This document shows, piece by piece, positions 25,182 through 37,664 of a DNA stretch of 64,000 nt. The first letter of the stretch is position 1; each line of letters starts with the position of its first letter. Position numbers and translations under genes: made by a program. The stretch spans positions 34,288,001-34,352,000 of the forward strand of contig NW_024704743.1 in assembly GCF_018977255.1 (NCBI RefSeq), given 5' to 3'. Source of the DNA: Callorhinchus milii (lineage: Eukaryota). Under the pieces are notes generated by a model that was given only the letters and a program-made list of their open reading frames with translations, searched no databases and had not been told where the DNA came from.

Positions 25182-25505
25182 GAAGTCCTGTAGCTCAGTG
25201 GTTGGAGCACTCGCCTTGCAAGCGAGAGACCTGGGTTCAATTCCAGGCACAGGGCGAAACCTTTGGCAAGTTTCCTTACTCCACACAGAGCCTAATAATA
25301 ATCCCTCCAAAAACAACAAAAAATAATAAATTGGTCATTTTCAATCCATGACTGTTTGTGGGACACTGCTGTGCGCAATTGGCTGCCTCGTTTCGCCCAC
25401 AAATATACTGTCAATTCACTTTACAGCATATTCTGTGAAGCGCTTTAAGACGTCTAGAAGACGTGATAAGGCGCTATATCAAATGCAAGGATTATTATTA
25501 TTATA
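25182..25505 (+). mobile_element. SINE family A, short form, well preserved
   Basis: A-box TAGCTCAGTGG, arm CTCGC-CTTGCAA-GCGAG, B-box GGTTCAATTCC, (ATT)n tail; sits directly after the L2 tail. Confidence 0.92.
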
Positions 25506-25889
25506 AGTAGTACTATTATAAGGGCTAATCTAGTAATTCCGCATAGTTTATCACCAACACTACAGTTCTCCGTACTGTATCCACAACAACAACTTGAATT
25601 TATATAGCGCTCTTCATGCAGGGTAGCATCCTGGAGCATTGGGTCTTGGGTCTGAATTGCCCACTCAGGCCGCAATACCAAAATGTACACAGTACATCAG
25701 CTGCAATACAATTTAAATTTACAAAGAGGTTTTCACGTCAGGTGGATGTCTCAAAGCGCCTGACAATGCTGGGGGGAAGATAATTGAATGAAGGGAAGCA
25801 GGAAACAAGTCAGAGGGATGACAACTTGATCCAGATATGTGTGTTTGTGTGTGTGTTTTGCAGCCAGGTGAGGAAAGTGAGGCCAAGGA

Positions 25890-26632
25890 TCACACATGAG
25901 CAATGGCCATTTTAACTATCCTCCTTGGGGGAGAGGGGGGTCTTCTTGGAGCTGAATTGCCTCCAAGTGACACGTTTGGCAATGCAATGTCAGAATCGAG
26001 CCATCCTCTGTGTTGGTCTTGGTGGTCCAGTTCCTCAGACAGAAGGTGTCCGTAAAATTCCAGGGCACTGCTGATGACAGCCCAGTCAGGCTGGCTCATC
26101 GGCAAGACTTGGAAGGGCAGACCTGTCACTGGGGGTAGGGATTCTTCTCACTCAGCCCATGTTAACCCTGCAAACCAAAGTCCTAATGAGGTTGGGTAAT
26201 CCTCGTTGGACAAGCAGCGGGAAAGCTTGACAGGCAGTGCTTTCAATGACAAGCTATGCAGTTTTGGCTGGTTAGACACAAGTAATAATAATAATAATCC
26301 TTGCAGTTGATATAGTGCCTTATCATGTCTTCAAGACATCTCAAAGTGCTTCACAGAATATACTGTAAAGTGAATTGACTGCATATTTAAGTATCCCAAA
26401 GCACACTCTGGGGCCCGCGAACCTTGGCTCTTACCAACCTGGGTCTGATACCTTCCAGAATTATATAAGCAGGACATGTCCCTGCAGGGAGAGAGTACAC
26501 ATTCCATTCTGATAAATATCTCTGGAATTTCCATGAGTAGGTGAGTGAGATGCATGGAAAGCTCAGTTTGGTTTGGATACTGTTAAGAATATTGGTGGGT
26601 TTCTGCAAGTGTCAGACACCTGGCTGACCAAA
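25890..26632 (+). mobile_element. Family C (LF-SINE-like) element, most complete copy; interrupted by a SINE A tail fragment (26283-26388, minus)
   Basis: Collinear with six other copies in the window; ends GTGTCAGACACCTGGCTGAC followed by A-rich sequence. Confidence 0.8.
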
Positions 26633-27420
26633 ATCAAACAATGACAATTCAGGCTCAGGCCCTGGAGAGCAACCAGTGCTGTGAAACTGCACACCAGCTA
26701 AATAAGGCTAGAGACTGGGAGTAGAGACGTATGTCAACAGGGAGAAAAATAGAAAAAATAATTGGACACCCTATGTATAAAAGAAAAGATCAGTTTCATT
26801 TATTTCATATTTCTTTACTTCTAGTCTCTGTGATAGTCATTTGCAGAGAAAATTGATTTTAAATTTTTTATTTGTTGTCCTCTGCTTCTTGGCTCCACTC
26901 CATTGCTGAATCTGATGCTTAATTCAGCTCACAGTTTTTTTATATGACATCTATAATTATTACATAAGCTTCTTGCTACAATGCCATTAGATTACAGTGT
27001 GTGATGGAAGAAATAATTTGAACATAATGTATTAAGAAATTTGAATGGCAGCACCTAATACACTACTATTGTATGTAATGAGCTCCCGTCACTTGAGGCT
27101 AATACAAAATGTCAGCCTCATACACAAATAAAAGAACCTCAAAAGGTAATCATGTTGAGTTTCAATTTTGGTACAAAGGCATATGATTGTAAAATAAATA
27201 AAATGTAATGGCACCATGTAATCCTCATAAAAGGAACATAAATTAACTCATCTGCTGCATTCACTATTGAGCGGAGATAAGATGAATTGCCTTAATATCT
27301 GTACAAGATTAGTACATGTATATGTGTAGTCCTTTTGGTGTCAATCTTGGGATTTCCAATATTTTAAAGTAGTATCCTGGTAATTAGACGTAAAGAAAGC
27401 AGTGAACCTGTTTCACATCC

Positions 27421-29322
27421 CAACTCCTCCGTCCCCCCGCCACCCCGCGCAGGTCATCTCCTCCAACCTTCACTGCGAGGAGATGCTGGATTTCCTTGAA
27501 TCCAAAATCAAGGGAATTCGCTCCGCGGTCACTTCCCCTCCAACATCCACCCACCCCCCACCCCTTCCCTCCCACTCTCCGACTCCTACCCATCCTCCCC
27601 TACACACTTTCGTACCCGTTTCCCCACCCTCTGTCACCAAACTCATCCTATCCCTGAAACCCACCACCTGCTCCCTTGACCCCATCCCCACTCCACTCCT
27701 TATCTCCCAGCTCCACCTCCTTGCTCCACATATCACAGACATTGTCAACCTGTCCCTCTCTTCTGGCTCTGTTTCCATTCCCTTAAAAACTGCCACCATC
27801 ACTCCCACCTTGAAAAAATCCTCCCTTGATGCGTTGCAGCTATCAAGCTACCGGCCCATCTCCAACCTCCCCTTCCTGTCCAAGGTCCTGGAACGAGTTG
27901 TCGCCTCCCAGCTGCGCTCTTTCTTCTCCAACCATTCATTATTCGAACCCCTTCAGTCAGGTTTCCGTGCTGCCCATAGCACAGAAACTGCCCTGGTCAA
28001 GGTCACCAATGACATCCTGACCATCTGTGACCAGGGCTCCCTCTGCCTCCTCGTCCTCCTCGACCTATCGGCAGCATTCGATACGGTCGACCACGCTATC
28101 CTCCTCCACCGCTTGTCCTCCCACCTCAACCTTCAAGGCCCTGTCCTTGAGTGGTTTAGGTCGTACCTTTCTCACCGTCTTCACTTTGTCTCCACGAATG
28201 GTTTTTCCTCCAGCCCCCGCACTGTCTCGTGCGGTGTCCCTCAAGGCTCTCTCCTCAGTCCCCTCCTCTTCACCCTCTACATGCTCCCCCTTGGTGACAT
28301 CATCCGCAGACATGGGGTTAACTTCCACATGTATGCGGATGACACCCAACTCTACCTTTCCTCCTCTACCCTCAACTCCACGACCACCGATGTCCTGACA
28401 GCTGCCTGTCCGACATCGAGTCCTGGACGAGAGACAACTTTCTTCAGCTCAACGTGCGCAAAACTGAGGCCCTCCTGATTGGCTCACGTCAGCGCCTCCG
28501 CACCTCAGGCGCTGACAGCATCAGCATCCAAGGCTGCACTCTCCACCTCTCAAAGCCGTCAGGAACCTCGGCGTTCTGTTCGACCCTGAGCTGTCCTTTC
28601 TCCCTCATATCCGCACCACAACTGGCACCGCCTTCCATCACCTCCGGAACATCGCCAGACTACGGCACTACCTCACCCCTCACGCTGCTGAAACACTGGT
28701 CCACGCCTTTATCACCTCAAGGCTGGACTATGGGAACTCTCTCCTCGCCGGCCTTCCCGGCACCTCCTTCCACAAGCTGCAGGTCATTCAGAACTCTGCA
28801 GCTCGTGTACTGTCCCGCACCAGGCTTCGCGACCACATCACTCCCACCCTCGCTCGCCTCCACTGGCTCCCCATTCCCCAGAGGATTGAATTCAAGATCC
28901 TCATCCTCACCTACAAGGCCATTCACGGCCTTGCTCCCTCCTACCTCTCCGACCTACTATCCCCCTACCTACCTGCCCGTACCCTCCGTTCCTCTGGCTC
29001 CGGTCTGCTCCACATCCCCCGCCCCAACTGCCCTACCATCGGTGGCCGGGCCTTCAGCCTTTCAGCCCCGAGGCTCTGGAACTCTATCCCCCAGTGCCTT
29101 CGCCTTGCTTCCTCCCTTTCCTCCTTCAAGGCCGGTCTCAAGACCTTTCTCTTTGATCGTGCCTTCAGCTCCCCTCTCGAATCTCTACCCCTTCCTCGCT
29201 CCCTCCCTTCCCTCCCCCTAACCATTTCCCCCTGCTCGGGTCCTGACCCAACTGTACAGCGCCTTGGGACGTCCTCCCGATGTGAAAGGCGCTCAATAAA
29301 TGGAATCTTGTTGTTGTTGTTG
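27421..29322 (+). mobile_element. L2 LINE, 5'-truncated, young; ORF2 reverse transcriptase domain through the 3' tail
   Basis: [48 protein letters not shown] and MYADDTQLY; single-base frameshifts near 28401 and 28556; no in-frame stops seen; (TTG)n tail. Confidence 0.97.
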
Positions 29323-31139
29323 TTAGTGCAGACAGTGGAAAAACACATATCTCTCTAACCTTCATGAGATTATGATTAATTTACCAATAGCCAAAGCCTG
29401 AGCAATAATGGAATGTACTTATAAAGTATGCCTTACAAGGAATACACTGAAAGAACTGCACAATATTACATTGTATTTGCTGACAAATGCACAGTTAATT
29501 TACAGAAATTCCCTGTTAAGCACTTCAAAGCGTTTCAATGTTATAAGTGCTTTGAGACTAGCCCACTCGATTATATTGTGATATCGAATGCAAGGATTAT
29601 CATTATTATAATAATCATTAGACAATTAGAGGATATCATTGGCCTAAGGCATGTGGACAATTCTAAAACAAATGTTTGAGAAGTTGAAATAAATATCAGT
29701 GGAGAATGTTTATGATGCCTGTGTATTAAACCATCTCAGCAGAAGATCCATGTTTAAGCATCATGGACCAAACAGCTCTCTGAGCCATCATCGTGAGAGA
29801 GGCTGAGTCACGCACAGCAATAAAGTCCTAAGATCATTGCTCAGCTTGTGCTGATTTCAAACGGAGGCTACAATTGACCTCCAAGCTGTAGTAGTGAGGC
29901 GAAGTCAGGCAGGCTTCTCACTTCTGATCAAGATCCAATGAGCCCTGCTAAGGATGAATGAGGGTGTAAATAATAAAAATCTCTGCACTTGATACAGTGT
30001 ATTTCATATTCAGAGGACATCGCAAAACCCCTCACAGGATATACTGCAAAATGAAGTGTCTGTGTATTTTGTAGGTGAATGTCTACAAAACCATCAGCAG
30101 CGAAGGATACTATATTCCTACAGATTTGAGGTGTGGACAAGATTGAGTTTGTCTGTGGTTGAATAATGCATAAGCTCCCATGTCAATGTTTATGCACAAA
30201 TAATGGGCATTTGGTTTGGATTTTAAAGGGTGACTAGTGACTAGGGAACCATTCCTCACTGGAAGGAAAAAGGAGTTAAATACCTTGAAAAGGGTTAAGA
30301 GAAAAAGTGGTGAAAGAAACGCTGATAGTGCCAATGTACATATCTGTTGCAACAAGTCCAATTACACAAGAATTTCACAAAAGTCATGCTTACTTCATCT
30401 TCGTCTGTGATATTGATTCTATATATTGAAAAATCAATTTTGAGAAAGTTTTCTTTGTTCTTCCATTACAGTGCTTGCATCTGGAAAGATTACTGGCTGT
30501 GAATCATCAAGCCTAACGTCATCAAAAATGATGTGTCATTAGCTGCTTGGATATCCTGACTAATCTCTTGTCTTTGCGACACTGAACCCATCACTCGAGA
30601 GAAACCATAACTTTGCCCTTTTTAATCATTGGACAAAATATATTGCAACAGTTATAGAGACAATTCATCTTTATGAGTTATTTTGAAAGAGTATAATATC
30701 ATATTATAATAAAGAAATCATAGAAGATTTACATATGAGGCCCACGTTTTCTCGTTATCTTAACCTTACATAGACCATTGGCTCATATTTTAAGGTAGTG
30801 CCAAAGTTTGGAAACTGGCCACTAAATTAAAAGTGAATGTAAACATTTTCCAAGTTCTGCATGATCTTTGAGGTTAAGATGATGTGGAAAATTGTAGGAT
30901 TCCTAATTAATTATTAAACATTTTTTAGGAATGTATTTAGGAACACCAGCAGGTGGCACCTTATGTGGATATGGGGTTTGCTCCGTTCAGAGTCACCTTG
31001 CCACTATTTCCTTCGACCCTGAGACAAACAATTCTATCTTGTATATTTAAGACCCTTCAGGCTCTTTTTTTTCTCTTTTATCATGTTTCGCAGGGTTTAT
31101 TTGCCATGCAGGGTTGCAATCCCTGAGTATTAGGATGCA

Positions 31140-31340
31140 CCAAGACAGTAGAGCAAGAGGTTTAGAGTTGCCAAAGACAATTTTAGGACAAACACCAGGA
31201 AATCTTTCTTTACCCAGAGGGTAACTAATGACTGTAACAGGTTACAAGCAGGGTGAGGCCAGGTCATTTAAGAAACAGCCTGGGTGGGTATTCTGGAAGG
31301 GTGAGATCAGATGGGGTAAAGTGCCTTCTGTATTCAAACT
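31140..31340 (+). mobile_element. Degenerate CR1 3' fragment
   Basis: TTTAGGACAAACACCAGGAAATCTTTCTTTACCCAGAGGGTA (FRTNTRKSFFTQRV), a CR1 ORF2 C-terminal motif. Confidence 0.65.
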
Positions 31341-31844
31341 TACTTTGTGAAAATATTAACTGATACCAACAACAACAGCAACTTGCATTTAACTGGTTGC
31401 CTTCATGCGGGCAGTATCCCGGAGCACATTACCAATTGGGTAGGATAGTCTAGAAGCCTCCAAGATACTCAGTGAAAGGTAATTTTTAGCCTAGGAGAAC
31501 ACTGACTAAGACCTTCCTTGGTAAATAAACTCTGGGAATTAATGTTATGTAAGATAAAAACCTAGCCTAATGTAAGGCTAAAAATATATAAATTGGTATT
31601 GCTTGCTTCAATCCAACAAAATGGCAGCATTGAATGAAGCAAACCTGGCGGTGTTCCTCAACCTAAACTATTTAGGAATAGTTTAGGAATTCTACAATTC
31701 AGCTCCAATGACTTTAAGGTTAAGACGATGAAGATTCTAAGCATATAATCATTCAGAAGAGTAGAGGGTAACTGATATACCTCAAGGCCTGCACAAAAAT
31801 AGTTTATTGGTTTTGCACAATCTTTCAGTTCACATAGCAACAAT

Positions 31845-32070
31845 AACAAAAAAATTATTTGTATAACACCTTTCACGTCAGGAGGATGTCCAGACATGAA
31901 AGTTGGGAGGGGGGGAGTGGGGGAGGCAAAGGGTTGGCATTCCAGAGGGTGGGGGCACAAAAAACGGGGGTGGGGAACGTGATGGGGGTTGTTAAAGTTT
32001 TAATTGGTCACAGAGGTAGGGATGAGCAAGCAAGACCATGGAGGGTTTTAAAAGTGAGGATGAGGATCTT
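31845..32070 (-). mobile_element. L2 3' fragment
   Basis: TTCACGTCAGGAGGATGTCC tail; KILILTFKTLHGLA on the minus strand. Confidence 0.75.
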
Positions 32071-32599
32071 AAACAGCAAGAATTTTGGGCAGGTCCTGGG
32101 AGGATAATGGCATACATCTGAAGTTAGGAAGAGTCTGAACAAGGTCTAACATGAAACTACTTGTAAAATGGCATGCGGTAATTAGGAACAGCATACTGGA
32201 GTCGAATAAGACAATATTCTTTTCCTCACACTTTTCAGTATTGCCAATGTTGAAATTGAAGTAGTCAGTCAATGGAAATGCTGACATTGTCGTCGGAAAC
32301 CTATCCCTCCTCAATACCAACTTTACAACCTTGGAAGAAATTCTTCCTGAATTGGATTGACAGGTTATAATAAATAACAAATATTCATATAATGCCTGAA
32401 TATAATTCTTGACACCATTAAAGAAATCACTATCGAGTACCCAGGCTACAACAATAAGGAGTAGGCTAACTGAGTTTATTTCAATATTCATATAACCCAG
32501 GACACTTATCGTTTAAAATACACAGTGGAATTGCATCTATAAGCATTCACAGTTTCCTATGTAGCCTCAAGCCTCAACTCTCCTCCTCGCTCATGAAAC

Positions 32600-32890
32600 C
32601 TAATCAAACAATTAGAGCTAGAATGATTACAAGTGAGATCAGGAAACGTTCTTACACCCAGAGGTTTGTGTAAATGTAGAATATACTGCCCCAGAAAACC
32701 ATAGTGGAAGAATCAGTCAGGACATTTAAAAGGTAGACAGATTCTAGGGAAGCAAGGCTATAAAGATGCATGGTGGAAAGATGGGGAAATGCAATTAAAA
32801 AATCTGTTAAGGTTTTAGATTAAAAATCTAATAAACTTGAGGAACACTTGGACACTCTGTATGGCCTCCTTCTGTTTCTATGAGATTTGT
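32600..32890 (+). mobile_element. Degenerate CR1 3' end
   Basis: AGGAAACGTTCTTACACCCAGAGG...ATGGCCTCCTTCTGTTTCTATGA terminal motif. Confidence 0.65.
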
Positions 32891-33089
32891 CTATCTTGCA
32901 ACTTGTTACCAAGTATGAGTGAGCACTGGACATACTTGTGCAAGACAAGGATGGTTTATTAGGGCAGTAATAGTTGAGAAACCAATAGAGGGGGTATCAC
33001 TCCACACAAAGCAATGGAATAAGGCTTGATCAAATAAATCAATTTTAGTCGTGCAAAATTGTCATTCGGATGCAAAAAGTTACACATAA

Positions 33090-33365
33090 CACTTGGGTTC
33101 AATTCCAGGCAGGGTGAAACTTTGGGCAAGTTTCCTTACTCCACACGCCTATTAATAATCCCTCCAACAAACAAAACAATAATAAATTGGTCATTTTCGA
33201 TCCACAACTGTTTGTGGGACATTGCTGTGCGCAATTGGCTGCTGCGTTTCGTCCACAAATATACGGTCAATTCACTTTACAGTCTATTCTGTGAAGCGCT
33301 TTGAGATGTCGAGAAGACGTGAAAAGGGCTATCAAATGCAAGGATTATTATTTATTATTATTATT
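33090..33365 (+). mobile_element. SINE family A, short form, 5'-truncated at the B-box
   Basis: GGGTTCAATTCCAGGCAGGG..CCACACGCCT-ATTAATAATCCC..tail. Confidence 0.9.
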
Positions 33366-34084
33366 TCCACTACCAGAATCAAACAAACTCCATTTATTCA
33401 TTCAGTGACCTCCTCAAGCAAAGCTGTACATTTTTTGCACTACTATATCACATATATTGCAGTTTTACATACTTTACTCATTGTGAGAATTGCCTTGTCA
33501 TCCCCAGAAAACGTGGTAGTCAGAAAAGAAAAGCTGCGTTTGCTAACATATCTACCTTGGTTTACTACCGACCCTTAAACATTTGGGGCTATTGTAACAT
33601 CTCTGAAATTGTTTCATACAGAATTGTTGGAGTTGGTTATTGGGCTTGTAATGTTCTGTGTGCAAACAGGATTTGCGAATATTAGAATGTAAGATTCATG
33701 CAACATTTGAAAAGTTTGATATTTAATTGTTCTGTTTGGTTGTCAACTTACATTGTTTTGGTTGGCCAAAAGCTTGTGTCCAGTTTTAATACATCCATTT
33801 TCCCACAGAGACTGGCAAGAAGGCTGTAGCATATCTGATAATATATTAAGTACTGAGGATTATGCCATTAGGCACTGTAAAAGGCACTCTACTTAGAAAT
33901 GCCTTGACCATTTAATGCATAGGCAAGGGATGACAGATTTCAATGTGGATAAATGTAATGTTTTGTACATTTAGATAAGAAACTATAATCATGTGTTCAA
34001 AATGAAGGCTGTCCGTTGGCAAAGCTGGATGGGATAAGGATGGGATTTTATTTTTTGGTCAGTCGAATGAGTGATCCATATGGA

Positions 34085-34630
34085 AATCCATCACCGTACT
34101 TAAGATCCAAATCAGCCTGAGAGCTCTACATAAACATATGCCACCTATATTTGGGGATTTTCATCTTTGGAATGGAATGCACACTATCTCCCTGTATGGA
34201 TACTGTCTTCTTACCTAATCCCCAAAATATTAGTCACAGGTTGCTGAGAGCCAAGGCTTGGGGTGCGTGATGTGTGTGTGATGTAGTTACTGCTGGATTG
34301 TAATCAGCTAAAACTCCATAACGTGTCATTGTGAGTACTCCCTGGCAAACTTCCCACCACTTGTCCACCTTGGACTACCCTTTAGGAGTAGGCCTGGCAG
34401 TGTTGACGGGAATTCAGTGGGAAAAAGCCTTGCTCCAAGTATTATTCTGGCCTTACAAGTCCTGCTGCAGAAGTAGGCTGACTGGTCTGCCATCAGCAGT
34501 GCCCTGGAGTACTCTGGACCAGCTGGCTCAGGAACCAGAACTGAGACTACCACAAAGGGTTGACTCAATTCTGACATTTCATTGTCAAGAACATCACCTT
34601 GGAGCCAGCTCAAACCCTAGGAGGATAGTT
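34085..34630 (-). mobile_element. Family C element
   Basis: The reverse complement is collinear with 25915-26610 (AACTATCCTCCTAGGG..GTACTCCAGGGCACTGCTGATGG..CCTTGGCTCTC). Confidence 0.75.
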
Positions 34631-35374
34631 TGGGATTCATATAATCACAGAATGTTATAGCATAGAAACAGGCCATTCAGCATATGACGTCTGCTCTGGA
34701 GTTTTTCTCCAGACAAGACATGTTGTCTATTCCCATTCTCAGTTCAGCTCCTCATACTCTTTAATATTCAAAAAACTATCTCATTTCCTTTATAACAACA
34801 AAAACTTGCATTTATATAGCATCCTTCAAGCAAGTAATGTCTCTTAAAATAATTTTAATTATGGAGCCGTCAGATTTAAAATGACAAACAAGTATAAATC
34901 TGCTGTAAGTAAATTCATAACAAGCACACCTTTGCTCCATTTTATATTTTATCTCATAGTTGCTGGTATTATTAATGTGCAATAGATTTTATGCATATTT
35001 CAATTGAGAGTAAAACAAAACAGCTAAGGGATCAAGAAATTTCACAGTGTGAAATGAGGTGTGAGACTCATTCCTACGTGCCTAGCTGTACCTGTAAAGA
35101 ATTACACGTCTGTGAACTGGATCACTGCGATTGCATTACAGCACAAATCTCAATAATCCTGGTCTGAAGTGAAATGTTAGCTATTTCTACTTTGGTCTCC
35201 CCCCCCACCCCCACATAAAATACTCTTTTTTTTAAAATAAAAATCTACGTTAATCTCTGTAGTCTTCTGCTCATACAGTATTGTAGCACTGATGTAGCTC
35301 AGCTCTGTGAATTGATAGTACATTAAACCAAGTAAGGGGATAAAATATCCTTAGTGTTTTCACACAGCGAGTAG

Positions 35375-35597
35375 TTCAGATTTGGCATGCATTGCCTGAA
35401 AGGGTGGTGGAAGCCGATTCGATAACAACTTTTAAGGGAGAAGCAGATAATTATTTGGGGAGACAAGTTTGCAGGGCTATGGGGAAAAAACGGGCGAGTG
35501 GGATTGATTTGGATAGCTCTTTTAAAAGAGCCGGCACAGACACAATGGGCCTTATGGCCTCCTTCTGTGCTGTAAAGTTCTATGATTCCATGATTCT
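35375..35597 (+). mobile_element. CR1 LINE 3' end
   Basis: LPERVVEADSITTFKGEADNYL, then ATGGGC..ATGGCCTCCTTCTG and the 8-bp terminal repeats TTCTATGA-TTCCATGA-TTCT typical of CR1. Confidence 0.9.
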
Positions 35598-37664
35598 CTG
35601 TAGTCAGAAATAGTGAAGCATTCATTTGCCTTTTTTGCTGACAGTATTACAACATAATATCCTATATGGTTACAATGATGCTGCAACAGCTGCATTTCAA
35701 GGTCAGATGTTAAAACTAAGAATATTGTATTAACATTTTTGTGGCCACCTCTGCCACTGTGTCACCTGCCTCCACTGCTACCTCACACCAATGCCACTGA
35801 AACAGTCATCCACTTTTGTCACATCCTGCTTAGAGTTTTCCAACACACTCCTCTGATCTAATGTTCTCTCGTATTCCAAATTTTATTGTGAAATAATAAA
35901 GCGATCAAAGCTTGATCCATCATCCTATCTGTAGATCAAGTTCAGTGGCACAGTCACATCCCATTTCCCATAGGGAGTCAATAATACCCAAGACTGTGCT
36001 TACACACTGCCTAGGAAACAGCTTGGCTAAAGACTAGGCTTTCTTGGGCAGCATGAGTAATTGGCTAATGCAGCATTGTTAATCTGTCTGTGCGCTCACT
36101 CAGAATATCTGATTTAATCATTCATTCTCGGATCAGAATCTTTCACTTAAAAGTTTTACATAGTCCTGCTGTGACTAACAGGGAGTCTGTGCATAAATGC
36201 CTCTTTCATTTTGGCTTTGGCTTCAATTAAACTCTAATAAACAATACCAAGGTTTGAAAGAAATAACTTTGCATTTTTATAGTGCCTTATCTTGTCAAAC
36301 TGCCTCAAAGCACTTTACAGGTAATTACTGTCAAATGTAGTGACTATTTTTGTTGGCAAACACTGCAGTCATTTGAATTAGCAAGATCCAAGAAACAGCC
36401 ACGAGGTGAATAACCAATTAATCTGGAGCATTATTGGCCAGGGTACAATATTAGGGGTATTGCTTTGCCAATTGTTCATTCCTTTGTGCTAAAGCAAACA
36501 TTTCTGTGGTAAACCCTTCAAAAATACACAAGAATTATGAAGGTATATAAAGGTATTCCCTAAAAACAAACTCTGATATCCAAAAAAATGTCCTCCCATC
36601 TAGATGCTGCAAAACTATGATCATTAAACTATTACAGCATCCTTAGGGGCATGTCAAGGGAGGTTCCAAGACTGTTCTAGACCATAGTTATATTCTATTA
36701 TATTCCACTTGTAATAAAGCCTATCAGATCTCCCGAGCTGCCATTTATTCACGGGCCGGATTCCTCCTTTTTCACCTGGCTTCACTCCACTCCCCCTCTA
36801 CTTGACCCAGATTACCCAATAGCCACCTAACCGGGCTCCGACCCTCTCCTCTCCCCCTTCACTTGGTCTTCCCTCCCCTCCCCTCCCCTGTTCATGGTCA
36901 TGGTTCAGCCCTGTTTTGTTGGCAGCCATCTCTTTGTCTTACCAAGACTGCCTGGCTTTGTAAAGACTGCTGAAAATAGCAGCCATTGCTTTTGGGAAAG
37001 CAACTTGGGAAAGCATTGAAAAACATGAACAGGAGGAGGCCATTCAGCCCAGCAAGTCTGTTCCATCAGCGGAGCCTCCTGGAAAGTTACTTACAGCAGC
37101 CAGTGCTGCAATATTTTAAAAATAGTATGAATGATGTTTCCTTGTCTGCTGCAGTTCCCAGCAAAGCAGTCCAAGTGTACTGAAAGGTGTCTTGTTGCTA
37201 CTGGTAACATTGGTGATAACGTAAGCCTGTGGCACTGTCTGTGTTGCCACTCTATTCTCAGTGTTTTAAATAAAATCCCACTCTTCAGTCGAATAAGTCT
37301 ATTGAGTGTGAGGAATGGCCCCAGTTATATTCTCGAAAACTATCTTGGTGAGTACAAGACAGCAGGTCAGCGGTATTGGAAGAAACGTGACGTTTTTCAA
37401 TTTAGTCAACAGCTCCAAACACGAGAGAATAGCAGCAAAGCAATGTCATTATCTGTAAACTATTGCCATGTGTCAGAGTATATCTAGCACTTGTTAGGGG
37501 AAATACAACCTCCTGTGCTGTTTACAAACTTATTTTTCCATGAATTCACTACACAGACATGACTGACAGGATATCTAATATAAAATTATGACTATTCAAT
37601 GCTAAATAATGTCTTTTTATGTCGGTTCTGGGGGTTTTCTGTAACGGAGAGAGCCTATTAGTTT

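Noticed and set aside
25184..25255. tRNA-Ala gene
   Set aside because: The cloverleaf-like head runs directly into SINE body and tail in all copies, with no oligo-T terminator after the acceptor stem; it is a SINE head.
27402..28478. 358-aa reverse transcriptase ORF as a host gene or a retron/DGR-like system
   Set aside because: It is a 5'-truncated L2 ORF2 with an L2 tail and many paralogous fragments in the window; no accessory genes, template repeat or authentic start.
32069..32491. 140-aa ORF and a possible plus-strand exon near 32238
   Set aside because: AT-rich, TTG start, no known motif; plus-strand frames close quickly.
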